Source: Salisapilia sapeloensis CBS 127946 (Eukaryota > Protista > Oomycota). From it: 64,000 nt of DNA. The DNA lies in assembly GCA_023334545.1 (NCBI GenBank), contig JAADVB010000016.1, positions 1-64,000 of the forward strand. The letters are read 5' to 3'. The position numbers and the translations under genes were made by a program. Positions 19,939-30,494 of this stretch are shown piece by piece. The notes beneath the pieces are model-generated. The model searched no databases. It saw only the letters and a list, made by a program, of their open reading frames with translations, and was not told where the DNA came from. The stretch's first letter is position 1, and every line of letters starts with the position of its first letter.

Positions 19939-22900
19939 CTACAATAAATGTTTGCCAAACTCCATCCCGTGCGCATGTACGCTTCCTTTCTGTCGATAAC
20001 AAGCATCACACGTGATGTACCGACAGGGAGTACACTTCCAATGCTCTGCTCGTGTAATCAAGAGGTTGCACTCTGTACAAAAGACATTGGCTTGCGGTAC
20101 TTGTTCATTAAAAAAGTGGTGCAAGAGCATCATGCTCGAGTGTTTCGCTCGACGTAGCGAGTCGAACTGATACCCAGCGTTTGAGCACAATTGATGGAAC
20201 ATGAAGCGACTACCGAACAGTCTCGGCACTTGTCTCCACCATGCAGGCACCGGCTCTTTCGGAGCACACCCGCCGTCGGCTATAGGCGCCAGGTCCACGA
20301 CAAGCAGATCGTGTCGAAGCCTATGGACTGCCTGTCGGAGTTTGCTGTACACTTCGCTCATCTTGACCTCAACCTGATCCTGCTGCTCGCTCTTGAAAAC
20401 TACTTCCACCTTCTTGTACTCGGACGGACGATTCACCTTGGCATTACGAGCCTTGATACGTCCATAGATACGTTCGAGCTCTCCGATAATAAAGTCACCA
20501 TCGAAGATCGGAGGCAACTGAGATGCTGGCCATTGGAGCTCCATCGGATCCGTCTGCTTGGCCGTCACGCCTCTCGTCAGCATCATGGCAGACGTACCTG
20601 GATCCGAGCTCTGCACTTCTTCATCAAAGTAGCGGTCGTACAGCGATCCCCAGCCGCCTACAATACCCTTATCTTGTGCACCTTGCAGCAATTTCTTGTA
20701 CCAGTCTCGTAGATGCTCGGCGCTTGGTGTTTTCTGGAACGGAGGACGACACCAGAAGACGTAGCTCATACGTCGTTGCGGCGGACAGGACCAAATGTGG
20801 ATACGCTCAAAGCCTTGGCGACGAGCATAGTCAAAGTACGCTTGGAGAACGAGGTGGTACGTGATTGTACGTGTTGATGCAGGTCGAAAGTACCGGATAC
20901 TATCGACGTACGCTATGTACACTGCTCTTCGATTCGCCTCCAATTGACAAGAGTCTCCAAACTCTTGGGCAAACACCGTGAAGAGGCAGACGTCGACTCC
21001 ATCTTGTCGCTGGAAAAGAAACAGACCTCTGGATAAAAAGTCAATGGATGTCGGAAGACGATGCGGGTCGTCTTGATTTCCTAAAGCATCTGCATTCGTT
21101 CGGAATGTCTGAACGACATTCTCCGGAAGTGCCATCGACATCTCTGGGAAGCTCAACGCTCGAACGTACAGCGTATCTGCAACTCCTTCATGTCCGTCCC
21201 TAGTCAACTGATCCTTGACAAACTTCTGAATAAAGTCGGACAATTCACACTCGGGCATGTCCTGACAAGACAACGAGGTCTTTGTCTCTGGCTGCTGAAA
21301 TAGCGACCGACAGTCTGGTGTCGCTAGTGACTTTATCTGCTTCTGCCGGTGCGTGCACATAGGACAGATGTACGTGTGCTCCGACTCGTATGCTCCTGCG
21401 ACAGGGTTATACAGTCCACAGACCTGATGCAGCCATCGACAGCAGTCGCTGCATTTAACCCACGGCTCTGGCACTGCCTGGCACTTTTTCTTTTCTAGCT
21501 GGCTTAGGTCGCTCACGTCGCCAGTCTCCACTTCTCCCTTAATAGACTTCGAGTAGCACTTGTTACACCACAGACGCGTCCCGTCGGACGTGAGGTAGTA
21601 GACCTTGTCTTTCTTAATGTCCATGCCGCACCCGATGGCTGTGCATGTGAGGTGTGGAGGTGTGGACGCGAGACACTGTTGACTGCATAGGAAACACGTG
21701 TGTCCTCGACAAGTTTCACACACGTGTGCATGCCGCTTACTCTTTTTCATCATTTTCTCCTGCTCCGTCGTCATGAACTTTTCAAATCGATCAGCCAAGA
21801 CTGTTGCATTGACATGTATCGGATGATTCGGTGGATTAAACCTTTTTGCATTCTCAAACACCAACCGAACGTCCTTTTCAAAGTCACTTACTTCCAAGTA
21901 CGTACCTTCCATCAGCTTCGTTTTCACGGTACCAAGGTCCATCGGATGCGAGATGATATCCAGATAGTGAGGAATATCTAGAGCAATTGGGTCGACTGGT
22001 GTATTGAACACGCCTTGGCGATTGCGTTGGTCAGACATGAGTTTCGACAGCACGTCGTTCAGCTGGTCGAACATCTTGGTCTTTACGTCGGATTGGAGAG
22101 AGTCCAAGTGCTCTTTCAAGTCGTTTGAAGACATCCTCGCGGCAGGTTCGACGCACAAAAGATTGCGATGGACTATCTCGAGCTCATACTTCTCCACGCC
22201 ATTCGACAGACTGCGATTATTTCCGAGCGTGAACTGATTGTACGCCAGTGGTTCCATGTACACTGCCCCGGATTTGCTCGGCACGGGCTTATCCAACTCG
22301 GTGGCAGGAGCGGAGCCACTACGCCGTCGCCTTTTCGACGGACGCATGGCCATGCCACGCACGGCAGCAGCTGCGGGTGTGTTGAGCAAATCCTCTTCCT
22401 TTATCCTTTGGCGACGAGTACGCTTCTGAATTTTCCTCTTTGGTTGCTGGATAGGAACGACAGGTCGGACCGTCACTTCTACTGGTCGACGCAATAACGA
22501 CGGTGCTTGTGGCCAGACTCGATCTTTTGACCGGAAGACAGAATCATCGGAAAACACGTCTGTCATCCACTGGAAACGGTACCTTTGTTCCAGTCGGAGG
22601 CCCTTATCAGCACTTGTGTTTAGTCGATTCCAAATTGCATGTCTAGCACATTTCTCCGTGATAGGTGGACACTTGCCAACACCAAGCAAGATGAGATCTA
22701 GTCGATCGTTATTCCTTTTGATTGGTATGAGAGGTAATACGTCAATTGTACCTATGACGAGACGTAGCTCGGATGCTCTTGGTTGCTCTCGCTGTCCAGT
22801 CAAGTGCATCCACGACTTGTGCAGATTATCCGCTACGGACATCATTCGGCTCTTGGACTGCTCTTTCGCCGATTGGACAGGTGGTACCTTATCTCTACAC

Positions 22901-23247
22901 GGCACCATTGCGGCTTGTGGCGGATCTGGATAGCACTTTTTCAGTGCATTATAGTAATCATTCGTTGCGTCCACAATCTCCGGTTTGTCATCCACGTTCT
23001 CATCCTTTATCTCAATAACATTTTGGACACCATCACCATTCGATTCGACTGTGTACACCACCGGACTAGACCTATGAGGCTTCTTTGCAGAGTATTGACT
23101 AGCATAAGGCTTCGTATCACTGTCACTTTCGCTGCCGCTGCTTTGGAGACTGATGCAGACGTTGCCATGTTCATCAACATTTTCACGATATGACACGATC
23201 AGCGGCTCTTCCACGGACATTGCTTGTACGTCACTTTTGGCTGGCAT
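19939..23247 (-). CDS. CBP/p300-like histone acetyltransferase (bromodomain, RING, PHD, KAT11 HAT, ZZ)
   Basis: Bromodomain FNTPVDPIALDIPHYLDIISHPMDLGTVK..NAKRFN; PHD WVKCSDCCRWLHQVCGLYN; HAT YIAYVDSIRYF and HIWSCPP..WYKKLL; ZZ CTECN..C..CDAC. The ORF-track start at 23304 is a TTG; the first ATG is at 23247. Confidence 0.92.
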   Translation of the reverse strand: MPAKSDVQAMSVEEPLIVSYRENVDEHGNVCISLQSSGSESDSDTKPYASQYSAKKPHRSSPVVYTVESNGDGVQNVIEIKDENVDDKPEIVDATNDYYNALKKCYPDPPQAAMVPCRDKVPPVQSAKEQSKSRMMSVADNLHKSWMHLTGQREQPRASELRLVIGTIDVLPLIPIKRNNDRLDLILLGVGKCPPITEKCARHAIWNRLNTSADKGLRLEQRYRFQWMTDVFSDDSVFRSKDRVWPQAPSLLRRPVEVTVRPVVPIQQPKRKIQKRTRRQRIKEEDLLNTPAAAAVRGMAMRPSKRRRRSGSAPATELDKPVPSKSGAVYMEPLAYNQFTLGNNRSLSNGVEKYELEIVHRNLLCVEPAARMSSNDLKEHLDSLQSDVKTKMFDQLNDVLSKLMSDQRNRQGVFNTPVDPIALDIPHYLDIISHPMDLGTVKTKLMEGTYLEVSDFEKDVRLVFENAKRFNPPNHPIHVNATVLADRFEKFMTTEQEKMMKKSKRHAHVCETCRGHTCFLCSQQCLASTPPHLTCTAIGCGMDIKKDKVYYLTSDGTRLWCNKCYSKSIKGEVETGDVSDLSQLEKKKCQAVPEPWVKCSDCCRWLHQVCGLYNPVAGAYESEHTYICPMCTHRQKQIKSLATPDCRSLFQQPETKTSLSCQDMPECELSDFIQKFVKDQLTRDGHEGVADTLYVRALSFPEMSMALPENVVQTFRTNADALGNQDDPHRLPTSIDFLSRGLFLFQRQDGVDVCLFTVFAQEFGDSCQLEANRRAVYIAYVDSIRYFRPASTRTITYHLVLQAYFDYARRQGFERIHIWSCPPQRRMSYVFWCRPPFQKTPSAEHLRDWYKKLLQGAQDKGIVGGWGSLYDRYFDEEVQSSDPGTSAMMLTRGVTAKQTDPMELQWPASQLPPIFDGDFIIGELERIYGRIKARNAKVNRPSEYKKVEVVFKSEQQDQVEVKMSEVYSKLRQAVHRLRHDLLVVDLAPIADGGCAPKEPVPAWWRQVPRLFGSRFMFHQLCSNAGYQFDSLRRAKHSSMMLLHHFFNEQVPQANVFCTECNLLITRAEHWKCTPCRYITCDACYRQKGSVHAHGMEFGKHLL

Positions 23248-23705
23248 CCAGGCAAGGTGATGCAGACACTTATCGTCAACGGAGGGAGGGCGCCGATGGC
23301 CCAACGAAGGTACTCGACTTTTTCCTCCTACACGTCCCCAATTGCAGCTTTTGATGCTGTCTGATTGGCGATCAGTTTACATGTGAGTACAACCATTGGC
23401 TCGTGCTTGGTTTCAAATCTGAAACGAATTTATGTTTTTTTTCGTAAAAACAATTTCAAATCAATTAGTTTTCACTTATATCAATTGGATGTTCAAGAGG
23501 ATGGTATCCCTCGAGACGTGACCGATGGAATTTCAGGTGTGCATACGACGTCGACCGTGTCTCAAGATCAATTACCGTCAGAGGATCAATCATGGCGTAC
23601 ATGATCATGAGCCATCAGAAAGGAGACCATCACGTTGTGTCAATGTAAGCTTTCCAACGCTCAGTCGTGGATTTGCTCCAGATACCACACTACTACATCT
23701 TGAAG

Positions 23706-24947
23706 ATGCAGTCCTCTACTTCAAACCAGTACACCACGACTGATACGACCAGTACGACACAATTACTAGAGCAGTCCGACTTCTCCACCCTCGTTCCCAT
23801 CGACTTCCCAGACGCTTCCCAATCAAGCCCTGTCAGTACAACCTCATCGGCCCAACCGAACGACCAAGCCAAAGGGAAATGGTCCCGTCGACTGGTCATC
23901 ACAAAGCAGCCACCCACAGAGTTTTACAAAGATGAAGGTATCTGCTGTCTACCATCTACTACTAGTGTCTGTGCTAACCTCGACAAATATCGTAGGGGGC
24001 AAGTCCAACTTCATTTCCATTGAAGTGAGCTTAGTCGAGTTCAACTCGGACGGTGAATCCGATCGATCGAGTGATGAAGAATTTGTCGATATCCCACTAA
24101 GTGTCGCTCCATTCTTCGAGTCTGGAAAGCGCGTGGAAGATCCGCAAATCTTCCGGACGATTGGAAACGACGTTGACGGTATCGTCATCAAACCGACGAC
24201 GCGCACAGCCGTCATCCACTTTCGGTTGGAAAAGGTAGTTTCTATCTATACCATGTATACTTGAGTATAACATTAATGGTCATGAATAGGTAAGTCGGCG
24301 CAAAGACTGCCAACGATTCAAGATCATGATCGAACCAAATCGAGAGCATTGCACGGCAAACGTCGACGACCTAACGCCGGTCTTCACGAATCCGATCTAT
24401 GTGCTGTCCAAGCGCAAGATCCATCACTTATCACCTAGCACCGACTCTTCTCTATCGCAAAAGCCGTCTCCAGTCAAGTACATCAAGAAAGGTATTTGTC
24501 ATGCATCGCTGGGCATGTACATATACCTAATTATACATTGCAGATCTTGAAGATATGGAGGAGCGCATCGGGCATCGTCTGGAAAAAATGTCCGCCCATA
24601 TCGATCGCCTCCATCGGCAGCTTCTGCACCAAGTACATGCTTTATAATTACTTCATTATGTATGTTGCTAACGAAGCGGACGGGTACAGAACAACATGAT
24701 CAGCAAGTTCATCTTGAGCAAAGACTACGGGCCTAGTTTTGAAAATGCAGGAACTCGTGCGAACTTTCGACCTGCTTTCAACCCCGTGTCTTTCTTCAGT
24801 GCGGAGCAACCGAGCACGTCATGGTCTCCTGCGCCACGAGTGCCTAGTCAGCACTACACCAGTCAGAGTCTGGAAGACCATTTGCGTCCACCGAGCTCAT
24901 CCGACTTCCACGAATCGGATCTATCGATCCCATATCCGGAGTTTTGA
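23706..24947 (+). CDS. Five-exon protein with a putative STAT/CudA/p53-like Ig-fold DNA-binding domain and a coiled coil
   Basis: Introns 23938-23995, 24235-24289, 24492-24543 and 24633-24689 give one frame: LVITKQPPTEFYKDEGGKSNFISIEVSL..FRLEKVSRRKDCQRFKIMI..VFTNPIYVLSKRK..DLEDMEERIGHRLEKMSAHIDRLHRQL. The gene model is firm; the fold call is tentative. Confidence 0.8.
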
Positions 24948-25734
24948 TTTTTTAAATTTTGAATTGGCGTGAAAAACTTTTTGTATGCATGCAACAAAAC
25001 ACTCGTGTTGTCATTGCTTCTTTCGAGATATGAACTTATTGTGTAGCTGCCGCATCCTGGCCAGTTTCAAGGAAATGACGAAAATCACCGATGACCTGTA
25101 CCAAATTCCCCGCTGTCTGGATCTGCCGATGTAAATCGACGTTTTTTGGATTCTTCTCCATCATATTCAGCAGTTTTTCCTTTCGTCTCAACTATAATAT
25201 ATCCTTTAGAGACGATTTATAAACTCTCATGAAGCAATAGACGTACGATTTCCTTGTAAAGCTCATCACACACGGAATTAAATTGTTCCAGCTTCTTCAC
25301 CACTTGCGCCTCGACACCTTCCTGTTCACTTCCTTCCCTACATCAATCCTTTATACCCTGTCTCAGTAAAAACTAGATCCAACGAGCGTACGGATACTGT
25401 TCTTCTGCCTGCACCAACAGAAGGCATTCCGAAACTAGTGCCTACATCCGACATTATAAGTCTTCTATAGCTGTCTACAAACTCTATTAAACTGTACATC
25501 AAAGCTGGCGCACACGTCCTCAACCCGCAGCCTAAATGGCTTATTCGGGTCCTTGGACGTGTCACTCGTTAGCATCACATTCGCCATCTTCCTTTCGACA
25601 CGCTCAAACCGGTGTTTGTGTCCCGATTTCGTGTTTAGCAGGTACATAAGTGGTACCATCCTCCACCGTATTTTTGACCAATCCGACAGCTGCATCCTCT
25701 CGAATACCGTACACGAGGAGAGTCCAGATAGACG

Positions 25735-27414
25735 ATGGCGGGCCAGCGCAAGCTCCTGAGCGAGATCGACCGCACGCTCAAGAAAGTGAATGAAGGTGTA
25801 GAAGTCTTTAACGATATATGGGACAAGGTGTACGCAGCAACGGCTCAAAATCAAAAGGAGAAACATGAGGCCGATTTGAAAAAAGAGATTAAGAAGCTCC
25901 AGCGGCTTCGAGACCAGATCAAGACGTGGATCAATAACTCGGACATTAAGGACAAGTCCTCTTTGACCGATGCTCGGCAATTGATTGAACGCAAGATGGA
26001 GGAATTCAAAGTATGTGAAAAAGAGACCAAGACGAAAGCTTATTCCAAGGAAGGATTAGCACAAGTCGAGCGTCTAGATCCGGCTGACCAGGCTCGTTTG
26101 AATTCGCAAGGGTGGATTCAGGATTGCCTGACCCAACTGAATGCTCAGATCGAGTCCGTGGAAGTGGATATCGAGCGATTGAACTCTGCCAAGGGCAAGC
26201 ACAAGAACAAAAGTGAGATCGCACACTTGGATTCGGTCCTTGGTCGACACAAGTGGCACGTGTTAAAGCTCGAACAGATCAATCGTCTACTAGACAACGA
26301 TCAGCTGAATGCAGATCAAGTGGATGATCTACGGGAAGACGTCGAGTACTACCTCGAAGCGAATCAGGACCCAGACTTTCTTGAAACCATGGCGGACGAC
26401 GATATTTACGAGCCCTTGGATCTCGATTCCATCGGTCCGTCCATGCAAGTCGGTCCGACTGGCCAGGAGAAGGAGGATGAGCCAGTGGAAGCTCCTCCTG
26501 TGGAAGTCAAGCCAGCGCCAGTGGAAAAAGAAAAGAAGACCAAGGCAAAAAAGAACGCGTCATCATCGAGTCTCATGTCTGGCATTGGTCGACCTGGCTC
26601 GGTTAAGCCGATGGAGTTGAAGAAGTCGCAATCGACGCCGAGTAAAACCAAGGACGACTGTGTAGAAGAGAAGAAAAGTAAAAAAACTAAAGGAACGTCT
26701 CCTGCGCCCAATGGAGTCACATCTACACCGTCCAAAAAAGCGCCCGAAACACCTGCCAAGTCGCCCACTTCGTCTTCACCTCCATCAGCAGAGGCCAAGC
26801 CGACGGAATTGAATTTCTTGACGCCGGTGAGCAAGAAGGAGGCTCCTGTAACATCTCCTAGCACTGCTGCTGACGCTGTTCTCGGCCGCACTACGTCCTC
26901 AGATCCAAGTGACTCGAGTGCAAGTATTACGCCAACTCTGTCTGCTCGATCACAGCAACCTGCTCCTCCATTGACGGAGGAGCAGAAGAATGTGCTTCGG
27001 ATGGTGGATGAAAGCTTCAAATTCCTGCCAGAACCACTCGATTCTGATCGATCGACTCGGTATACACCGAAGAATGCTTACCCGACGCATGCAAGTTTCC
27101 CGACAGAACCTTCGAGTGCATTGGAAAACCCGTCGCTGTTTGAAAAGATGGATGTCGACACGCTGTTTTTCATTTTTTACTACCAACAAGGCTCGTACCA
27201 ACAGTATTTGGCAGCAAGGGAACTAAAGCGACGGACGTGGGGGTACCACAAAAAGTACAAGACGTGGTTCAAACGGCATGAAGAGCCGCAAGTGACTGGA
27301 GACAAGTACGAACAAGGGACGTTTGTCTATTTCGACTATGAGGCTGGATGGTGTCAACGGATTAAACCGGAATTCACGTTCGAGTACATGTACCTCGAAG
27401 ATGAACTCCAGTAG
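25735..27414 (+). CDS. CNOT3: CCR4-NOT complex subunit 3 (Not3/Not5)
   Basis: N-terminal MAGQRKLLSEIDRTLKKVNEG..KLQRLRDQIKTW; C-terminal NOT box DTLFFIFYYQQGSYQQYLAARELK. Confidence 0.96.
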   Translation: MAGQRKLLSEIDRTLKKVNEGVEVFNDIWDKVYAATAQNQKEKHEADLKKEIKKLQRLRDQIKTWINNSDIKDKSSLTDARQLIERKMEEFKVCEKETKTKAYSKEGLAQVERLDPADQARLNSQGWIQDCLTQLNAQIESVEVDIERLNSAKGKHKNKSEIAHLDSVLGRHKWHVLKLEQINRLLDNDQLNADQVDDLREDVEYYLEANQDPDFLETMADDDIYEPLDLDSIGPSMQVGPTGQEKEDEPVEAPPVEVKPAPVEKEKKTKAKKNASSSSLMSGIGRPGSVKPMELKKSQSTPSKTKDDCVEEKKSKKTKGTSPAPNGVTSTPSKKAPETPAKSPTSSSPPSAEAKPTELNFLTPVSKKEAPVTSPSTAADAVLGRTTSSDPSDSSASITPTLSARSQQPAPPLTEEQKNVLRMVDESFKFLPEPLDSDRSTRYTPKNAYPTHASFPTEPSSALENPSLFEKMDVDTLFFIFYYQQGSYQQYLAARELKRRTWGYHKKYKTWFKRHEEPQVTGDKYEQGTFVYFDYEAGWCQRIKPEFTFEYMYLEDELQ

Positions 27415-27556
27415 TTGAAAGCTTCTCGTAACTAAGTAGACTTGGATTTGCCAATACCACCATACTTGTCGTTATACGCGTATACTCGTCGTACCACGAG
27501 ATACTTCTTGTGGTAGGAAATGTCTTATCAGATGGCACACGTTGGTCACTAGTCAA

Positions 27557-28831
27557 ATGACATCCTACGTGATCAGCTTAGCGAGTGTGCAGCAAGCACA
27601 GGAACGTATCCGTGGCGTGGCACATGAAACGCCTGTGCTATCCTGTGCATCACTAAGTAACGAAGCGTCCAAGGCGGCTGGACGCGATCTGCATCTCCAT
27701 TTTAAAGTGCTTTTTCATGTCCATTTTATCCCTAAGACGTACACATGACCCTGCGTTTCTAGTGTGAGAACCTGCAAAAGGTGGGAGCGTTCAAGTATCG
27801 AGGCGCAGTGAACGCCATTCAGCATTATCTCGAGACCACGAATGGTGAGCCGACTACTTTTGTCACACACTCGAGTGGCAATCATGCCCAGGCCGTCGCC
27901 TTGGCAGCGAAGAGTCTTGGCAGCAACGCCGTCATCGTCATGGTAGATCAATATCTCTTAATTGGTACAATAGCATTTCGTGACGCTCCTGTTCTAGCCT
28001 AATAATGCTCCGACGCCAAAGAAAAATGCCGTCGAAGGGTATGGTGCCCAAGTAGTGCTTTGTGAACCAACACTTGAGGCTCGGAACAACACGGCAATGG
28101 AGTGGGTTGAAAAGACGAAGGGGAAGTTTATCCATCCATCGAATGACCCGGACGTCATGAGCGGTCAAGGCACTGCTGCCGTCGAATTGCTCGACCAGAT
28201 GCAAAAGCAGCACGGAAAGCTCCCTGACGCAGTGCTCATTCCTGTTGGAGGTGGCGGACTCTGCTCTGGCACGGCAATGGCTGTCAAGGTAAAGTGTCTT
28301 TCGTGTACTACAAGCGTCCATGTTCCTCGGACTAACTCTCGGGATTCAGTCCCTTCATCCAGATATTAAGGTGTTTGGCATTGAGCCGGCCGGAGCTGCT
28401 GATGCCTACGCTTCCTTCCAGGCAAAGCGACTACGAGATCATGACAAACCACCACAAACCATCGCTGACGGCCTTCGAACTACTTTGGGTATGCATGATG
28501 ATACCTTGCGAAACTGTTGTTACGCTTATCATTCTCCTATTTCCTAGGCGACAAGAACTTCCCAGTGATCCGCGACTATGTTGATGACATTATTCTCGTC
28601 TCTGAAGATGAAATTATCTCCAGCATGAAGCTCATTTGGGAACGCATGAAACTCGTACATTTTATCTACTCCTATGTATACCTCTCTTTTTAACATGATA
28701 TCTAGGTGGTCGAGCCTAGTGGCGCAGTGGCGACTGCTGCCGCACTCTCCAACAAACTACCAAAAGATATCCAAACGGTCGGTATCATCTTTTCAGGTGG
28801 TAACATCGACCTAGACAAACTGCCATGGTAA
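27557..28831 (+). CDS. PLP-dependent serine racemase / Ser-Thr dehydratase family enzyme; multi-exon
   Basis: HETPVLSC, FK|CENLQKVGAFKYRGA (PLP lysine; intron 27707-27762), THSSGNHAQA, GQGT, PVGGGGL, TIADGL, VEPSGAVA, IFSGGNIDL..PW*. Confidence 0.9.
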
Positions 28832-28876
28832 CTAGACGTAAAGCACTCAACAAGCTTGTCATTCGTTTCCATTTCT

Positions 28877-30100
28877 TTATCCGAAAAAGTAGTTGACAGC
28901 AAAGTACAACACGATAAAGTAGACGAACGGAGGGATCTTGTACCCTTGCGGCTGCTGTACCTTGGCTTTCGGCTGCATCAAAGCATCCACGGACCTAACA
29001 TCTTCACCAGAGGCATCCTCCTTCTCCAAAGTATTTGTCTTTAAGGAAGGATGCTTCTCCATTTTCATCCGCTTTCGAGCACCTGGAGGAACATTTTCCT
29101 TGGACTCGGCTGGCCTATTCGCCGTGCCGTCCGGCCGATGCCGCGCAGATGATGCCAGTTCTCCCTGAAGCTGTCTCATGGACAATAAGATAGCCTAGAA
29201 GCACTCGTTAGCACTGTTGTATATCGCACTAGCTCATGAGAAGAATACTTTATGAGACTTGAGGAGTTCCACCGAGATCGCAAAGTTACTATGGGCAATG
29301 TCATGGTGTAAATACGATCCAACGGTTCGGCAGCCGTTGACGATAGGGGCAAAAGAAGAGCGTAAGAGCTGGATGAACTCATGCGTGGTCATGTATGGGA
29401 ATAAGGAAGTGGTGAGAGATGCTCCACCGAAAAGCAAGTTGATCTCAATAACGAGGAACAGGACTCCAGCAGCGTAGGACCAAGCACGTGCTTCACGAGC
29501 ATTGTCACTCAGTGTCAGGACGTACGTAAAAGCCGTCCAGACGCCATAGAAAGATACCATGCCGATACCAGTTTCCATTTGAAGCCTCGAGATATCCTTT
29601 TCCACCGCCGCTTTGCCAAAGTTATCGTATAAATATCGCTTATGTGCATCTGCGATCGTCTACCATTTCCATTGAGCATCAATAGGTATTCATCAAATAC
29701 GAAGAAACTTACGTCGTAGGCTTCACGCAACCTAGTAAATTCTTGTTGTGCGTTTTCCGATGGGTTACGGTCCGGATGCATCGTAATCGATTGAGCGCGG
29801 AAAGCACTCTTGATATCAGACAAACTGGCATCGCGACCGACTCCGAGCAAGTAATAGTAGTTGGTTTCTTGCTCGGACAATTGTAATGCCTACGAGTACA
29901 TGCATGAGCTATCTTGTCGAATCGACACGTAATGAAAGCTGACGTACAATGGAGAGAGACGCCAATAACACGAGGAACCCAGTCGCGTAGATTAACGCAC
30001 GTTGCTTTGAGAACCTCCCGGGCTTGAGGATCCATGAAACTGCAGGCGAAATCACACAAGCCTGGTAGAAGAAGCCTGAAAACGCATCGGAGCTCACCAT
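28877..30100 (-). CDS. Membrane DnaJ (J-domain) co-chaperone with several TM segments; 4 exons
   Basis: N-terminal TM, then NYYYLLGV..IKSAFR..HPDRN..EAYD, a hydrophobic middle region, and C-terminal TM PPFVYFIVLYFAVNYFFG. Confidence 0.88.
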
Positions 30101-30472
30101 ACTCGTCTAACTTCCGGTCTTATCCGTCTGACGTGTCACACAGGTTGCACGAAAGTTGCGCAATGACGTCGACTATCTCGTCACGATAGGACGAATGACG
30201 CGAAAATTAAGATGAAAAGCTCATGGTAACCGCCATCTACCTACGAATGTACTTGGCGGTATAGTCCATGCTACGATTCAAACGTGGACGTGGAGGCACA
30301 GAAAGCGTTTTACGCGTCTCGTAAATGTAGAAAGAGTAGTCGTCTAAACCAACTCATCTCCCAATCACTCCATTTGGCACAACAGTTGGCCAAATCTGAA
30401 GGGCAGGAGACCAGTGTTCATGCCGCTATTTCAAGCTTTCTAGCCCGATCATTTTTTAACGTCCTCTAAAAG

Positions 30473-30491
30473 GCTCACTTTCGCATTTGCC
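30473..30491 (+). promoter_or_regulatory. INR+FPR core promoter of the mitochondrial carrier
   Basis: GCTCACTTTCGCATTTGCC, 3 nt before ATG 30495. Confidence 0.7.
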
Positions 30492-30494
30492 GCG

